From Paragordius varius (Eukaryota; Animalia; Nematomorpha), in NCBI GenBank assembly GCA_964247055.1, contig OZ176057.1, positions 4,588,001 to 4,652,000 of the forward strand: 64,000 bases of DNA, written 5' to 3'. Made by a program: the position numbers and the translations under genes. Shown in pieces: positions 60,381-64,000 of the stretch. Position 1 is the stretch's first letter. The number at the start of each line of letters is the position of its first letter. The notes under the pieces were generated by a model. It had not been told where the DNA came from. It saw nothing but the letters and a program-made list of their open reading frames with translations, and searched no databases.

Positions 60381-62993
60381 AATTATCTTTTATTTTTACT
60401 TTTTGTCCGTAGAAGTTTAACTTTTACTGTATTATTATGATAAATTTTGCTAAATTATTTTTGCAGTGATATTACTTCACACCCTCTAAGTAGTTAATCA
60501 CTTCAAGCAGTTAAATTAGTTAATGTATGCTAAAAAGCATGAAACTAATCCAAGATAATTATAGATGAATGGTTCAACATGTATGTAACTTAAATTTATA
60601 ATTTAAATAACATATAATATATCATTTGCAATTCAAGAGTGTCCTTGAACACTTTAAGTTGGTCCTTTTGAACATTACAAGTTGGCCCTTTGATTGTATT
60701 GTTTTGTTTTAAACATTTATCATTCATACATATATCATTCATTTATTTAATCGTTTTTAACATATGTATTTGACATAAATTTTAAATGAATATCAACTTT
60801 TAATCATTGAGAACCCGTATATTATTAATTTCCTAAATTTATTTTGGATATCTATATGATTTTAACACATAATTAATAAATATATAAGTTGTTTGGGTTA
60901 TTATATACAATTTTTCAAAACATATTAACAATTTTGTTAAATTGGGAAAAAACTAAAAAGTGGTTTTTAAATAAATATTTTATTTTATATTAATAAATAT
61001 ATAAAAAAAAGAAAATTGTGTGAAATAATTATAAAATAAAATAATACATGCAAAAAATTTTATTAAATATAAATTTATTAGTTTTAGGGAACAACAACTT
61101 GACAAGGAACAACTTGATGTATTCAAGGGCCAACTTGACGTGTTTAAGGACACTCTTGAAGTGCAAATAGATATTATTTTTTTACAAGTTTATAAAAAAA
61201 TTTAAAACAATTAACATACCAATTTTAACAAACTGATCATCCGAAATTAGCACTATAAATATTATGGAAATCATACATACATCTGATAAATGTAATATCA
61301 TTTGCTGTTTCTATAAAATAAATATAAATATATGATGCAATAATTTGGTTTTTTTGTATATGTAAATTTGGAAATTACGATAAAATGTATCAAAAAAACT
61401 TTAAACAGTGAGTTTATAAAAAATATATATTTTTTAACAAAATGGCCACAACAAATAAAAGTTTATGATCCAATGAGCCTTAATTTTTACAATATAACGT
61501 GAAAAAAGCAAAAATGAGATTTTTAAATAAAACAATAATTACTAAAAAATTTATTTAATTCTGGTTGAAAAATGACTCCTAAATTCGTTTCATGAAGGAC
61601 ATGTGTCTCGTGATGTGGAAATATATATACTTTGTAAAATTTAGAATAATTAAATTCTACAATTCATGACACTTTCGTATATTATTCAAAAAAATTAAAT
61701 ATATTTGATCTCCAAACACATTGTCCATTTTACTCTAATTTATTGTTTGCATTTTGGATTTATGTGCCAAAAAAAGCTTTCAAAAAAATCTAAATTTTTA
61801 AAATCATCTTCTTTTATATAGGCGTGTCCAGCACAAGGCCCACGGATAGCATGTTGACCCTCTCAGACTTATGTGCGGCCCGTGAAAAATTTCAAACCCT
61901 AAATTATAAAAACACGCTTACAAATCTTAATAAAACTGATATTTGTTAAACATTTTTTATAAGTCTATCCAATCGGCAAAAAGTTGGAAAATTGCGATAT
62001 TGTCATTTCACAGTTTATATTATTTTAAATCTTATAAAAAATTTTTTAAATATCCATATATATTTCACGTTGCCTGATTTTCGGGTCGAAAATGCGGCCC
62101 TCGAAACCATTTGTGTTGGAAAGCCCTGATTTAAAGTGACCCCAAATTTTTTTATCCTGTGAATGAGTGTGATTTATTACCCATCCTTATAAATAAAAAT
62201 AAGCATATAATTTTTTTGATCCTAACTATATCATATCTTTCTTGCTCAATTTTTACAATATATATTATTATATTAACACCTGGATACAACACATTCATTT
62301 CAATCCTTCGTATTAAATTGGGGTAGTTAAATACCTTAGGCCTGTTTTAGATTAAATTAAAATATGGAAGGAATCGAAACTATGGCAAAATCTTGCACTT
62401 ATATAACATTACTAATCCGAAATATATAAAAATTTTATTCAAAAACACTTGATATTACTTATTTTTTAAGCCAAAACCGAAAGGAAAAATTTTAGTCAAC
62501 GTGACATGCGTGCAATTGCAAAATTAAAAAATATACAAAATAATCAGCTTTTTCTATTTAAAATGTATTTTAATGAAAAATTAGCTTTAATTTTACCCTT
62601 AAAATTAAACAAAGAAGATATTTTGCAAAAAGTTTTTAAAATAAAAATGGTGTCGAAGTAGGACATGGAACTTTTTTTTCAAAACAAAGTTTTATTTAGA
62701 TATTTTGGCATATATATAATTTTTTCAGGAGCATAAATTTAAATTGGGACCTTTTCCTTCAGTAGTTTTATAAAAATGCTAACTCAAATTTAGTCTGGGG
62801 TATTAGGATACCCCAATTTGAATCGAAGTGTTTATATATATTTTCTTGTTTTTTATGTAATAATGAGAATGATGGCCATTAAATTATATAATAGTATAAG
62901 AAATAGTATACCAATCAATCCACTTCTAAATAAATGTAAAATAATATGAAAAACAATAAAATTATTGGAACATATCCATACTATACTTTAGCT

Positions 62994-63225
62994 TAGGGGG
63001 TGTGCGGACCGCGAAAAATTTGGAAATTGCTAGCAAATGCCATAATTACCAAAAACATGCTCATAAAATCTTGGAAATGAAATTTTTAAACATACTTGCT
63101 ACTAATCCCCAATTCGGATAAGGAAACAATTGGTTAAATAAATATCAGTAAGTAGTTTTTTACACACATAAGTATAAAATTCAATATCAATATTTTATAA
63201 ATGTCCCCACGATAGACAACCCCTG
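62994..63225 (+). mobile_element. hAT MITE, CAGGGGT(G/T)TCCAAC-type ends
   Basis: TSD CTTTAGCT/CTTTAGAT. Related copies 30622-30813, 31895-32080 (TSD 7/8 match), 46595-46860, 61819-62128, approx. 57690-57947, approx. 43398-43576. Confidence 0.75.
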
Positions 63226-64000
63226 CTTTAGATTTTTAGCCTGATAAAACCGTTATTTCAAGTTAAATGAGTTACCTTATAAAGTGTGAAAATTTAAAAA
63301 ACTTTATGTTAATACGCCTATATTGGAAATAAATAATAAAAAACCCAAAAATGAATTTAAGATTACCGGCACAAAAAGATTCCAATAAAAATTATAAACA
63401 TAGTATGGAATTTCCTAATACAGAAATGATAAAAAATGTAGAGATAAAATTAAAATATAAATTTAAAATTTTACAATGTTTATCTTATGGTGTTTTGGTT
63501 TAAAATAATTTTATTATATTTCTAATTTGGTTTTGAACTGGGGTCAAAGTAATACATTATCTAACATTACAATTTTTGAAAATTAAAATATTATATTTTT
63601 AACAAAACTTATGTTTAAGGAAAACAACCTGTATAAAATTTAACATTATAAAGAAATTAATTTTGGCTATAGTAAAAATTTAAATTATACCAACAAAATA
63701 AAAAGCTAAAATATTTTGTAAAAGACAACCATACTTTTGAAATCTTGATTTTTCCTACAAAATTTATATTTTAAGTAATGTAATTAATCATAAAATAAGT
63801 CTATCAACAATATCTCAAGGATTATAAAATCCCTATTTAAGTTGAAAAAATATGGCGTCGTCCGTAAAATAGTGTGATATTTAGTTTTTATGTTTTTATT
63901 TATAATTTATAGTTTTTCTTGTAAATTAGGTGTCAACGCCATATGATATAGTGAATGTATGGTTGGTTAAACATCCTATGTCTTCTACAGTGTATATTAT

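Overview
Extremely AT-rich eukaryotic (animal-type) genomic DNA with spliceosomal GT-AG introns and a very high load of small non-autonomous transposons; no prokaryotic features and no CRISPR. I cannot identify the species. Three protein-coding loci are supported. (1) A minus-strand INPP5A-type inositol 5-phosphatase, reconstructed by hand as 14 exons from ATG 16013 to 981 and continuing off the left edge. (2) An intronless 775-aa class A-like orphan GPCR at 19956-22283 (+). (3) A minus-strand micro-exon gene that the ORF track largely misses, core about 36.6-57.6 kb and possibly extending to about 26.3 kb. It has two large exons plus dozens of 6-69 nt exons, nearly all phase 1-1 and divisible by 3, including a family of duplicated exons each encoding one (E/Q)-x-P-S-T-S motif. 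One intron of this gene (52747-52934) is essentially a TA-targeting MITE that landed in a continuous reading frame and supplies its own GT donor, a candidate transposon-generated intron. The remainder is at least seven MITE/foldback families, a complete non-autonomous Helitron with internal tandem repeats, RTE LINE fragments, a tRNA-Lys-like SINE head and (TA)n microsatellites. All exon models are manual predictions from splice signals, frame and homology recalled from memory, and they need RNA-seq confirmation.
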